From assembly GCA_918234285.1 (NCBI GenBank), contig CAKJXZ020000020.1, positions 1-64,000 on the forward strand: DNA of 64,000 bases. The letters run 5' to 3'. The translations under genes and the position numbers were made by a program. Shown here piece after piece: positions 10,274-19,673 of the stretch (positions are counted from its first letter, which is position 1; each line of letters opens with the position of its first letter). The notes under the pieces are model-generated. The model did not search any database. It was not told the origin of the DNA and was given only the letters and a program-made list of their open reading frames with translations. Origin of the DNA: Pseudomonadota bacterium (GTDB taxonomy: Bacteria; Pseudomonadota; Alphaproteobacteria; RF32; CAG-239).

Positions 10274-10585
10274 TTACAGTTCTTCCTGTTTCTCCGTGAG
10301 TAGCTCAAGAAATTCCTTCACCGTCAAATTCTCATCACTACCGATGGCTGCCTCAATACCGTTAATCCCGACACCGTGTAAATTCTCCATAGCATTCACG
10401 ATTTCCATAGTGCTGATAAAATCAAGACCTAATTCGGAAAAAAGTGTTGAGTTGCCGAGCTTTTCATCGGATGTTTTTTTCAACAAAGTAATGGCATCCT
10501 TGTCCAACAACTTTGTGTGATGAGATTTGATAACCTCATTCCATGCCTCGCGAAAATCGGAGACGGTAAATACATGTTTTTTCAT
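10274..10585 (-). CDS. Divergent acyl-carrier-like protein, canonical DSL motif replaced by DFI
   Basis: ELGLDFISTMEIVNAME..LTV; aligns by eye over its whole length with 7671..8012. Confidence 0.7.
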   Translation of the reverse strand: MKKHVFTVSDFREAWNEVIKSHHTKLLDKDAITLLKKTSDEKLGNSTLFSELGLDFISTMEIVNAMENLHGVGINGIEAAIGSDENLTVKEFLELLTEKQEEL

Positions 10586-10620
10586 AATTAAAAATATTTA
10601 AAAAATTAGTAACTGCGTTG

Positions 10621-10648
10621 ATTATATCATGCGCCAAATATATGTCAA
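10621..10648 (-). promoter_or_regulatory. sigma70-type promoter of ACP-like gene 2
   Basis: TTGACA-16-TATAAT with extended -10 TG. Confidence 0.7.
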
Positions 10649-10662
10649 TTAGTTTTTTGCCA

Positions 10663-10693
10663 CAAAAAAGGCCGCATAAATGCGACCTTTTTG
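10663..10693 (-). terminator. Original (displaced) rpsI terminator; contains direct-repeat copy 2
   Basis: aaaaaggtcgca-ttta-tgcggcctttttt just after a displaced ...AAA CGT TAA rpsI end. Confidence 0.75.
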
Positions 10694-10814
10694 CATTTTT
10701 CGTTCTGATTAACGTTTTGATAAAGCACTAAAGGCTTTTATTGCGTAAGATCAATATGTTACACTCTTAAAAATTCTATGTGAAGGTGCTGTTAAAGTAC
10801 TAAGAAGTGTGATT

Positions 10815-11636
10815 TTATCGTGCTAAATAATTTGCCATTTGCTTACAATGCGCTACATGATTTGATCTAGCTATTTTTACGGCTTCTTTCAGCATTTCAT
10901 TATAGTTAGGTTCATTATACATACGATATTTAAAATCTTCTTTTTCTGCCCGCTCTTTTGCTTCAATATCTTCCTTGCTGGGAATTATTTTTGCCCCAAT
11001 TTTAAATGTAGCCTTTGTTGGTTTAGAGTTATTTTCAGTTTCTTCCTCTTGGATATCTTTTAAAATAGTCCAAGCGTCCTTCCTGGCCTGTATTGATGAA
11101 AAGTTACATATTTTATCGTCTTGACCATTCATTTTATACCACATATCTCTCAAATTATATTTGGTAAGCAATACACATGAATTGTCGTTTTCTTCCGTTA
11201 CAAAAGGATTTGTAACGTCTTGTTGCTGTTTTGAATGATTAACATCAATTTTATATTCAGGTAACAACAATCCCAAAAAATCGCTCATTTCTTTACGCAT
11301 ATCTTCGCCGTGAGAGTCATGATAATAAATTGTCTTAGTTCTATTATCAACAGCCATTGCTACGGCATGCGCTCCACAAAAACATTCTCTTGAAGGTATT
11401 GTAACGTGATAAAAATTATAAGGGTTCTGAGTATCATTAAGCAACATTGTTCCCATATCAGCTAAAGTACGAACAGTAATTTTACCTTGAATAGATTGCC
11501 CCTCCATATTACTGCAATATAATCTTTTGGGGGAAATTCTATTTTGTGTAAATAAAACATTATCTAAATCTTCACTTTTTTCATTCCATGTTAAGTGAAT
11601 ATTTAATACATTTTTTTCATCGTATTTGGCGGTCAT
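10815..11636 (-). CDS. CE-clan (Ulp1/C48-like) cysteine protease
   Basis: HAVAMAVD.RTKTIYYHDS ... QQQ ... NDNSC gives His-Asp-Gln-Cys in CE-clan order; SD ggag; upstream TTGATT-17-TACACT. Confidence 0.7.
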   Translation of the reverse strand: MTAKYDEKNVLNIHLTWNEKSEDLDNVLFTQNRISPKRLYCSNMEGQSIQGKITVRTLADMGTMLLNDTQNPYNFYHVTIPSRECFCGAHAVAMAVDNRTKTIYYHDSHGEDMRKEMSDFLGLLLPEYKIDVNHSKQQQDVTNPFVTEENDNSCVLLTKYNLRDMWYKMNGQDDKICNFSSIQARKDAWTILKDIQEEETENNSKPTKATFKIGAKIIPSKEDIEAKERAEKEDFKYRMYNEPNYNEMLKEAVKIARSNHVAHCKQMANYLAR

Positions 11637-11658
11637 ATCTTAATCTCCGTAATATCGC

Positions 11659-12144
11659 TTAGATGTCTAGTGTACTATAGATTTGAGAATAAATCAATAT
11701 ATTTATAATTCTACAGATATATTTTTCGGGATTGTTCTTGTAGTAATTCTTGCGCCAAACCCAATAATCATCAATGACGCTTTCTGTAATCTCTTCAATG
11801 TTATAATCACCAAAATAAGGGAAAAAGTAGAGTCTGGCACGGCTGGTATAAAAATCCTTGCGATATTCTGACTTTTCGGCTCGGCTGAACCATTCATTGT
11901 ATATTTGCCGGAATGTCTTGGTCTTTAGGGGTAGGTTATTTATTTTCTTGAAACGCATATTGTCATAAGTATCTTCGGCGAATTTTAAGGCTTTACCGAG
12001 ATTTGGCGTTTGGCAAGACAAGATAATATAACCTTTTATGCCTTCAACACGTAAACGGCATTGAAAGTTTTTGGAGTTTGGACGTTTATAAAGCAGAATT
12101 CGCCCATCACGATAGGTGTATGTTTCGCTATAAAAATTACCCAT
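11659..12144 (-). pseudogene. Truncated tyrosine integrase (N-terminal arm/core-binding part only)
   Basis: LYKRPNSKNFQCRLR..., TFRQIYNEW, FFPYFGDYNIEEIT..IDDY; no R-H-R-Y catalytic domain; adjacent to att. Confidence 0.75.
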
Positions 12145-12159
12145 TTTTACCCTAAAAAC

Positions 12160-12222
12160 TGTGAAGATTATGTGAAAATGGTAAATTAGAATTGTCAAGG
12201 GTTATGTGAATATTATGTGAAA
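12160..12222. repeat. Putative integrase arm-type sites
   Basis: tgtgaagattatgtgaaa (12160-12177) and tgtgaatattatgtgaaa (12205-12222); tatgtgaa also at 10777-10784. Confidence 0.65.
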
Positions 12223-12223
12223 C

Positions 12224-12256
12224 AAAAAAATGGGCTGGAAAATTTTCCAACCCATT
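12224..12256 (-). terminator. Element-supplied terminator now downstream of rpsI
   Basis: aatgggttggaa-aatt-ttccagcccattttttt. Confidence 0.7.
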
Positions 12257-12285
12257 GAAATAAAACGATTTTTTGTATCGTCTGA

Positions 12286-12771
12286 TTAACGTTTCGAGAA
12301 TTGGTAAGAACGACGAGCTTTTGCTTTACCGTATTTCTTACGTTCAACCACACGGTCATCACGAGTTAAGAAGCCTGCGCTCTTCAAAGTTGCGCGCAAT
12401 TCCGGCTCGTATTCGTTCAAAGCCTTGGAAATACCGTGCTTAATAGCACCGGCCTGACCGGACAATCCGCCGCCTTTAACGGTGCAGATAACGTCGAATT
12501 CATTTTCACGATTGGTGATGGCAAACGGTTGATTGATAACCATCTTCAAAACCGGACGTGCAAAATATTCGTCAATCGACTTGTCGTTAATGGTAATGTT
12601 ACCTTTACCCGGCATAATCCATACGCGAGCAACGGCATCTTTACGTTTACCGGTAGCATAAGAACGACCTTTCTTATCTTTTACCGCCTTACGGGTTGCC
12701 TTTGGCTCTTCGGCCGCGGCTGTTGCAGCTTTAATATCCTGCAAAGATTCAATTTTCTTTCTAGCAACCAT
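12286..12771 (-). CDS. rpsI: 30S ribosomal protein S9
   Basis: [40 protein letters not shown]. Confidence 0.99.
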   Translation of the reverse strand: MVARKKIESLQDIKAATAAAEEPKATRKAVKDKKGRSYATGKRKDAVARVWIMPGKGNITINDKSIDEYFARPVLKMVINQPFAITNRENEFDVICTVKGGGLSGQAGAIKHGISKALNEYEPELRATLKSAGFLTRDDRVVERKKYGKAKARRSYQFSKR

Positions 12772-13241
12772 TATAATGCACTCCTTTTATTCTTAGAGTT
12801 TTGAGAAGCAAAATCCCAAACAATCGGATTTTGAGCCGTATGCGGATGTTCCGAACCGGCATATACTTTGAGCTTTGTCATCATCTGACGACCGAGCGGA
12901 TTACGCGAAATCATGCGTTCAACAGCCTTTTGAATTACGCGTTCCGGAAAACGACCGCTCAAGATTTTACCGGCTGTGGTATCTTTTACGCTGCCGATAT
13001 AACCGGTGTGCTTATAATAGTGTTTGTTAGCGAGCTTTTTGCCGGTCAATTTAACTTTGTCGGCATTGATAACAACGACATAGTCGCCGCAATCCAAGTT
13101 CGGGGTGAAATAAGGCTTATTCTTGCCGCGCAGAATCTTGGCGATTTCAGCGGAAAGACGACCTAAAATAACACCTTCGGCATCGACAACATACCATTTT
13201 CTTTCGATGTCCGACGGTTTTGTTGTATGTGTAGAAATCAT
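12771..13241 (-). CDS. rplM: 50S ribosomal protein L13
   Basis: [32 protein letters not shown]; TAATG overlap with rpsI. Confidence 0.99.
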   Translation of the reverse strand: MISTHTTKPSDIERKWYVVDAEGVILGRLSAEIAKILRGKNKPYFTPNLDCGDYVVVINADKVKLTGKKLANKHYYKHTGYIGSVKDTTAGKILSGRFPERVIQKAVERMISRNPLGRQMMTKLKVYAGSEHPHTAQNPIVWDFASQNSKNKRSAL

Positions 13242-13410
13242 TTTAATCTCTCTCAAAAGTTAATGTTAATTCGGTGTTAATATACATAAAGTTTTGCACT
13301 TGTCAACTAAAAAATTCATATTTTTTCAATATTTTATCACTAAGGTATAATAATACCTCATATTTAATTGTTTGTTTTTCAATAAAAAATAATTATTCAA
13401 CATAAAATCA

Positions 13411-13439
13411 TTGACTTATCGTCTTTTATGTGTTAGTTT
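13411..13439 (+). promoter_or_regulatory. sigma70-type promoter of orphan lipoprotein
   Basis: TTGACT-17-TAGTTT with extended TG. Confidence 0.55.
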
Positions 13440-13507
13440 GTCTGCCATGATTTAATTATGATGCTTATTTTTAGAATATAATATTACCGTTTCAAAATAT
13501 CGTATTT

Positions 13508-13978
13508 ATGAAAAAAATTCTGCTGATTTTACCGTGTATTGCGGTGATGTTCCTGTTTGTCGGTTGCTCGTGGCTGGACAGCGAACCGGTCGAACCGATG
13601 ATTCTGGGTATTACACACATTGTTAATGACCGCGGCTCGACTTATGCCGAAATCAATTCCGTGCGCTATCCGGTCGAGTATGTATTCATCGGCGAAACTC
13701 ACCCGAGATTCGGTGACGATCTTACTGTCAATCCGGCCGACGGTATGCAGGTTACTGTGGTTGAGATGACCGGTAACAACCGTGCGCACCAGGGAATTCA
13801 GTTTATGCTTGGCGAGTGGGACGAAGAACAAATCGAGCAAGCGTTCAGTCAAAACTACACCTTCGGCTTTACGGCTTTGGGTTTTACTCTGTTTTTGATT
13901 ATCGGCATAATGACTATGCTGATTATTGAAGATAAAAGGCAAACAAGAAAGTATGCCCCAAATGTAAATACCCGATAA
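13508..13978 (+). CDS. Hypothetical lipoprotein with C-terminal TM helix
   Basis: Lipobox FVGC; hydrophobic FGFTALGFTLFLIIGIMTMLII; no SD; downstream hairpin ~14001-14033. Confidence 0.75.
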   Translation: MKKILLILPCIAVMFLFVGCSWLDSEPVEPMILGITHIVNDRGSTYAEINSVRYPVEYVFIGETHPRFGDDLTVNPADGMQVTVVEMTGNNRAHQGIQFMLGEWDEEQIEQAFSQNYTFGFTALGFTLFLIIGIMTMLIIEDKRQTRKYAPNVNTR

Positions 13979-14039
13979 GTAATGGCCAAACCATCACTCC
14001 TCCTCCGAACAAAATTTCGGCGGAGGATTTTTTTATGTT

Positions 14040-14351
14040 TTAATGTTTTATAATTTCCAAACCGGAATATTCGGCCTCGACGATTCCGCCGATTATCACG
14101 GCCACATTGTTAAATCCTGCTTTTTCAAACATTTCCGCCGCTTGCGAGGCACGATTACCCGAGGCACACAAAATATTGAGTGTATCGGCACCGGTCAAAC
14201 CGTTTTCTTTAATAAACTCAATCGGCTGCAAATCGGCCAATTCACGATGAATATGCGGAATTTTCAGTGCCGCACGCCGATATTCTTCCGAAGTTCGCAC
14301 ATCTAAAATAATGGAATTGCCGTTCAGGCTGCCGGGTTTTATAAAACGCAT
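14040..14351 (-). CDS. Rhodanese-like domain protein
   Basis: ILDVRTSEEY, CASGNRA, GG motifs. Confidence 0.9.
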   Translation of the reverse strand: MRFIKPGSLNGNSIILDVRTSEEYRRAALKIPHIHRELADLQPIEFIKENGLTGADTLNILCASGNRASQAAEMFEKAGFNNVAVIIGGIVEAEYSGLEIIKH

Positions 14352-14413
14352 TTTTCCTCCTTTTTTATAAGAGATAATGCATTTTAATAAAAATTAAAGC
14401 TCATCGATGGTTG

Positions 14414-16186
14414 TTACCACGAGCGGCCGCCGCCTCCGCCGAATCCGCCGCCGGAAAATCCGCCGCCTCCGCTACTGATGGTACTGGAGCGCGAAATTCC
14501 GCCGTTTTCGATACTCGGCATCACCGCCGAATGAAAGCCGCTGGTAAAGCCGTCAAAGTTGCTGAGGTTATACGCCGGTCCGACCACCCATTCCGGCGGC
14601 GGCATCGCTATACCTTCAAAGCGCTTGATCCACACAGCGGAAATTCCTAAAACATAGGCATAAGGCAGAATCTTATAAAAGTATGACGGATTTTCTTCGA
14701 CCATTTTCTCCAAGCGCTCTTTTTCCGCCACCTCAATAAACTTTTTCAATCCCAGCAATTTGCCCTTAAGCAGACGACCTTTGATATTCGGCTTCAACAT
14801 TTCCACATAGCAAACGGTCGTAATTAATATACAAAGCAATCCGCCCACAACCTGCGTAGTATTATTCTGCGAAATATAATTCATCAGCTCGCCATAAAGC
14901 GGAATCATGAACAGCAATGCGTATATTCCCGTATATAATCGGCTCCCTAAGGTGGTATTATTTTTAAGAATTGCCTGGAAGAATATCAACAGCATAAATA
15001 CCACAACCGCCACCAAAAAGAGAGTGTCGGCAAAAATTTTATACCCCAAAACCGAAAATACGGTAAGCATTACGTTACCGACAAGGCATAAAAATACCGT
15101 TGACGGGAAAATACCGCTTATCGAAGTTTTTTCATAAAAACGACTTTTCTTTTTGTTTTTGTTGGCATCGTCGAGCAAACCGTTCCAACCGGTATAAAAC
15201 AGAGAAGATTTCTTAAGCATTTTATCCGTTACTTTACCGTCTTTATCGGCTTCGGAACTCAGTAACAACAACAGTTCTCGCTCGTCTTTATTGTCTCCCG
15301 GATACGGTTGAAAATCGGATAAGGTAAAACTCTTGCCTTTGGTGTCTATCTTCAAAAAGCCGTCGTTGGCAAGCTTGACAATCAGCGCAATCATGCCCTT
15401 TTCCGTAACCTTTTCATTCATTATCAACTCGGCATCAACACCGTTCATTTCTTCCGGAGCGCGAAAAGTTACCACCGGTGTAACATGTTCGTCTTTGCCG
15501 TACAAATACCATATTACGAAGGCTAAAAATGTACACAAAAATAACCCGAGCCACACAGCTTTCACCATTCGGTTATAAGCCGCCGTATCAAAATACCCTT
15601 TCGGCACTTCAACACGCAGAGTAATACCCTCGCCCGGTTGCAAAACGTGGCGGGTTTGCCCCCAAATCACATTATCTTTGACCGCATATTCACCCTCGCC
15701 GTTAAAACCGCGTGTACCGTATCTGCCGATAGAAAGTCCTACTTTATTTTCTTCAACCGCTCTCGGCATTATAACTCTGAAAACAACATGATGAATCGGT
15801 ACATTCCATTCGGTACCGATAAGGTTATAATAAAATTCCGATTTATTATCGATGATTTGTTGGGCATATTCAATATTGTATACTTTCGGGCCGGTAATCA
15901 ACTTATTGGCATCGCCGATTTTTATATCGACATAGCTGCCGTAATCTGCAGTAAATTGTTCATCCGCGGAAATGCCGTAAATTTTGCTGCCCGTACGCGG
16001 AATTGAGCGAATGATACCATGCGATGGAGCGGTGAAAACCACCGAGATTTTTTCTCTGACCGTAACCGTCTTATTCTGGTAAACCATCATATCAACTTCG
16101 TAATTTTCAATATAAAAATTCTCTGCTCGTGCGGCTCCGGCCACGATTATAGATACCAAAAATACAATTATCCGCCAAAACTTCAT
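14414..16186 (-). CDS. DUF2207 family membrane protein
   Basis: HGIIRSIP, YYNLIGTEW, LPYAYVLG, Gly-rich GGGFSGGGFGGGGGRSW end; SD gagga. Confidence 0.9.
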   Translation of the reverse strand: MKFWRIIVFLVSIIVAGAARAENFYIENYEVDMMVYQNKTVTVREKISVVFTAPSHGIIRSIPRTGSKIYGISADEQFTADYGSYVDIKIGDANKLITGPKVYNIEYAQQIIDNKSEFYYNLIGTEWNVPIHHVVFRVIMPRAVEENKVGLSIGRYGTRGFNGEGEYAVKDNVIWGQTRHVLQPGEGITLRVEVPKGYFDTAAYNRMVKAVWLGLFLCTFLAFVIWYLYGKDEHVTPVVTFRAPEEMNGVDAELIMNEKVTEKGMIALIVKLANDGFLKIDTKGKSFTLSDFQPYPGDNKDERELLLLLSSEADKDGKVTDKMLKKSSLFYTGWNGLLDDANKNKKKSRFYEKTSISGIFPSTVFLCLVGNVMLTVFSVLGYKIFADTLFLVAVVVFMLLIFFQAILKNNTTLGSRLYTGIYALLFMIPLYGELMNYISQNNTTQVVGGLLCILITTVCYVEMLKPNIKGRLLKGKLLGLKKFIEVAEKERLEKMVEENPSYFYKILPYAYVLGISAVWIKRFEGIAMPPPEWVVGPAYNLSNFDGFTSGFHSAVMPSIENGGISRSSTISSGGGGFSGGGFGGGGGRSW

Positions 16187-16193
16187 ACTTTCC

Positions 16194-17960
16194 TCACATA
16201 TCTTCCGCCGGTTCATCGTCGTCATATAAAGAAGATGCTTCCAAGGCCGCCGCTACTCCCGACGGGAAATTACGCATAAAATTCCTGATTTTGAAATTAT
16301 CGTTCTCCGTCCACAAAGGTATCGGAATTTCAATACCTTCAAACAGCTTCATCCATTCGCTGTTCAGTCCCAAAACATGGGCGTACGGCAAGATTTTATA
16401 AAAATAAGACGGATTATTGCGCAGTGTCTTTTCAACGCTCTCTTTGTCGGCAAATTTGATAAAGTTCTTCAAACCGAACAGTTGGCCGCGATATAATCTG
16501 CCGATGGCATTCAGCGGCGGCATTTGCAAGAAACACACCAGAGAGATGATCGTGCAACCGATGCCGATGATAATTTGTAATATATCTTCTTTTTGAATAT
16601 CCGAACTGCAACTCAAACACAGCAAACCGATGGCATACACCAAAAACAGTCCGCCGACAATCTTGGCGATTAAACTGGTCTTGCGGAAGAACTTAATACC
16701 AATAAAACCGCTTACCAACACCAGCGCGGCAATCAGTAAATATCCTTCGGACAACACATAATCACGCATTACAAACAATGTCAGCAAGAAATTGCCGATT
16801 AAGCACGCAAGCATAATGGCGCGACGCAAATATTGCGCGCCCGATTTTCGATAAAAGCGCCGCAACGTTTCCGTATTTTTAGATAAATCAAGGATTTTAT
16901 CCCATTTTTCATAAAATTTGCCGGATGATTTCATATCGGAGCTTTCGGCGACATCTTTGTCGGCAAACAACATCTGCATTATTTGTTTAACCAAGCGATT
17001 TCTTCCGGTATAATTTTTCATCTTAGTCAGCGTAAAATTCTTACCTACGGTATTTATAGTCAGATATCCCTTATTGGCCAAAGCAATAATCATTGCGGCC
17101 AATCCTTTTTCGGTTAAGTTACCGGAATGAATAATCTCTGCTTCGGCGGCATTGATACCGCGCGGCGGATTTTGCGACATAATCGCCGGAACCCGATCAT
17201 CTTGACCGTAAGCGCACCACAACAAAAACGAAATCAGCGTCAGCAGCAATAATCCGACCCAAACATACGAGGCATAATTTTTACCGTTGTTGATAAAGAA
17301 ATCGTCAGCAACATCAACTCTTATACGGAAAGTCTGCTTTGGTTTCAGATTACTCAGCGAAGTTCTGCCGATAATGCGGTCTTGTTTAAGTAAATATTCG
17401 GCTCCGTCATCAGCGCTTTTTACTTCTTTATTGTCTATAAACAGATGGATATCTTCATTTTTTACATAATCAGGCAGTTGTAATTTAAAGCGCACACTTT
17501 GCACCGGAACTTTCCACGTCGGTGGAACAATCTTAAAGTCAAAAGCATTATCATTACTGAAAATCTGGTAATTATAGCTGATTTTATATTGTCTCAACGC
17601 AGATTTCTGCTCTTCATTGGCAAAAACCTGTAACTGCAGTTGCCCCAATCCGTCATCTTCTTTATACGGAACCGACACCTGAACATCCGAAATGCGGCCG
17701 TGATATTTGGGAATAACGTGTTTTACTGCTTTAACATCAGGATTATTGAAATACACCGTAATAATTTCCTGTACATTGACATTACGTTCGGTGTCTACCG
17801 TCAGAAAAACATCGTAATTCTTGATATAATAATCGTAAAGCTCTCCAAATTTCGGCATTTCCATTGAAGAAGCGGAATTTTCTTCGGCACGGGCATTTAC
17901 ACCGACAACTAAACTCAAAATAAAAAACAGCCCCAATACTTTTTTAAAAATCGCTTTCAT
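16194..17960 (-). CDS. DUF2207 family membrane protein (paralog without Gly-rich tail)
   Basis: Shares W..YG.D, LANKGYL, GLKNFI, NPSYFYKILPYA.VLG with its neighbour. Confidence 0.85.
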   Translation of the reverse strand: MKAIFKKVLGLFFILSLVVGVNARAEENSASSMEMPKFGELYDYYIKNYDVFLTVDTERNVNVQEIITVYFNNPDVKAVKHVIPKYHGRISDVQVSVPYKEDDGLGQLQLQVFANEEQKSALRQYKISYNYQIFSNDNAFDFKIVPPTWKVPVQSVRFKLQLPDYVKNEDIHLFIDNKEVKSADDGAEYLLKQDRIIGRTSLSNLKPKQTFRIRVDVADDFFINNGKNYASYVWVGLLLLTLISFLLWCAYGQDDRVPAIMSQNPPRGINAAEAEIIHSGNLTEKGLAAMIIALANKGYLTINTVGKNFTLTKMKNYTGRNRLVKQIMQMLFADKDVAESSDMKSSGKFYEKWDKILDLSKNTETLRRFYRKSGAQYLRRAIMLACLIGNFLLTLFVMRDYVLSEGYLLIAALVLVSGFIGIKFFRKTSLIAKIVGGLFLVYAIGLLCLSCSSDIQKEDILQIIIGIGCTIISLVCFLQMPPLNAIGRLYRGQLFGLKNFIKFADKESVEKTLRNNPSYFYKILPYAHVLGLNSEWMKLFEGIEIPIPLWTENDNFKIRNFMRNFPSGVAAALEASSLYDDDEPAEDM

Positions 17961-18512
17961 TTACGCATCAACCTTTATATTTTCACGTTGTTCTGCTTCA
18001 ATTTCAAACAATTCGGCGCGTTGCATCCCGAATATTTTACCGATAAGCGAAGTCGGAAACAAATCAACAAAAGTGTTATATTCCCGCACCGTCCCGTTGT
18101 AATACTTACGGGCATCGGCAATATCGTCTTCAACCGAGCTCATCTGTTTCATTAACTGCATATAAGTTTCGTTGGCTTTCAACTCCGGATAATTTTCCGC
18201 CACAACCCAAAACCGCGACAAAGCTTGCCCTAATTGCACATTTGTATTGATTTTTTCGCCAGCGGATAAATCGCCGTAAGCTTGTGAGCGAATATCGGCA
18301 ATATCCGTAAGCACATTTTTCTCATGCTTAGTATAGCTCTTGACGGCTTCCAGCAGGTTAGGAACCAAATCCCAACGTTTTTTCAGATAAACATCCATGG
18401 TAGAAAACGCTTCCTGCATATAGTTGCGATAACAAACCCCGCGGTTGTATCCCCAAATGAGCAAAATAACGACAATGCCGAATGCAATTAAAATATAAAT
18501 TCCCAAATCCAT
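17961..18512 (-). CDS. lemA: LemA family protein
   Basis: KRWDLVPNL, ENYPELKAN, RKYYN..VREYN..FP. Confidence 0.95.
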   Translation of the reverse strand: MDLGIYILIAFGIVVILLIWGYNRGVCYRNYMQEAFSTMDVYLKKRWDLVPNLLEAVKSYTKHEKNVLTDIADIRSQAYGDLSAGEKINTNVQLGQALSRFWVVAENYPELKANETYMQLMKQMSSVEDDIADARKYYNGTVREYNTFVDLFPTSLIGKIFGMQRAELFEIEAEQRENIKVDA

Positions 18513-18661
18513 AGTTCACTCCAATCAGAGGCGATTTTACCAGAAATTACACAAATATTCAAGTTATTCTTTATACAAATTACCAGAATACTTTTATATT
18601 TTAGGTTTATTTACAACAAAAAAGCGCCGCATATTCGCAGCGCCTTTGTTTCATTAAAACT

Positions 18662-19606
18662 TTATTCTCCTTCATCGTCATGAGGAATAATATCCGGCAA
18701 GGCGCCGATTGCCTGTTTGCGTTTGAGTTTGTTAACAAACTTGATGGAGCGTTGAGCGTCCCATTTGCGCTTACCTTCCTCACTTTGATAAATAACTTTA
18801 TAAACTTCTATTGCCTGATCAAATTCGGATAATTTGGTCAAACACGATGCCAAGCCGTCGTAAAGCTTGTGCGTATAGCGCCCGTTAACAACAGCCTGTG
18901 CCTTTTTGTAGCACTTCAGAGCATCTTTAAACTTGAACATTTTTTGATATACGTAACCGATACTTATCCAGGCCTGCAAATCCGAACTGTTGATGTTCAG
19001 AATTTTGGTAAAGCACTTTAAGGCCGAATCGTTGTCCCCCATCAACTGATAGGTTACACCGATGCCGTTCCAGGCTTTTGTATTGAATTTATCGCCGGAT
19101 AAGACCTTTTTAAAGAAAGAGATTGAACGATCGTATTGTTTAAGTTTTTGCAAAGTTACGGCAATACTTAAGAGGGTTTGCGGGTGTTTGTTATCTATTT
19201 TCATAGCTTCTTCCAACACATCCAGAGCCTCTTTATAAGAGAACATGTGTTGCAAGGCTATCGCCTTACCGTTCAATGCCTCCAAAGATGTTCTGTCGTT
19301 GGCAAAAGCTTCGTCAAAACAGGTAATAGCTTCTTTGTACAAGCCGCGCATACTCAAGGTTACGCCCTTGTTATTCAAGACTTCGACCGACTTCGGATTG
19401 ATAGCCAACGCCTTATCAAAGCACGCTACCGCATCCGTATATTTACTCATTTTCTGATATGCAAAACCCTGCGAATTCAATGCTTTCCACGCACGAGGAT
19501 TTTCCGCAATAACCTCGGAAAAGCGCTCTACTGCTTCTTCATACTGACCGGAATCAAGAAGTTCCTGTCCTCTCTTATACGATGTATTTTCATTTAATTT
19601 AACCAT
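18662..19606 (-). CDS. Tetratricopeptide repeat protein
   Basis: About 8 consecutive 34-aa repeats (A.N.KG..L....Y.EA..CFD.AL). Confidence 0.9.
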   Translation of the reverse strand: MVKLNENTSYKRGQELLDSGQYEEAVERFSEVIAENPRAWKALNSQGFAYQKMSKYTDAVACFDKALAINPKSVEVLNNKGVTLSMRGLYKEAITCFDEAFANDRTSLEALNGKAIALQHMFSYKEALDVLEEAMKIDNKHPQTLLSIAVTLQKLKQYDRSISFFKKVLSGDKFNTKAWNGIGVTYQLMGDNDSALKCFTKILNINSSDLQAWISIGYVYQKMFKFKDALKCYKKAQAVVNGRYTHKLYDGLASCLTKLSEFDQAIEVYKVIYQSEEGKRKWDAQRSIKFVNKLKRKQAIGALPDIIPHDDEGE

Positions 19607-19673
19607 TTTTACCTCTTTCTTTACAGAATAATTGTATAAGGAATATCACATAAAGATAGTTATGTCAAGTTTT

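Larger units (their letters stand above)
10704..12300 (-). mobile_element. Decayed integrative element inserted in the 3' end of rpsI
   Basis: Direct repeat tctgattaacgttt(t/c)ga(t/g)aa at 10704-10723 and 12281-12300 (18/20, spans the rpsI stop); integrase fragment; tatgtgaa repeats near both ends; AT-rich cargo. Confidence 0.85.
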
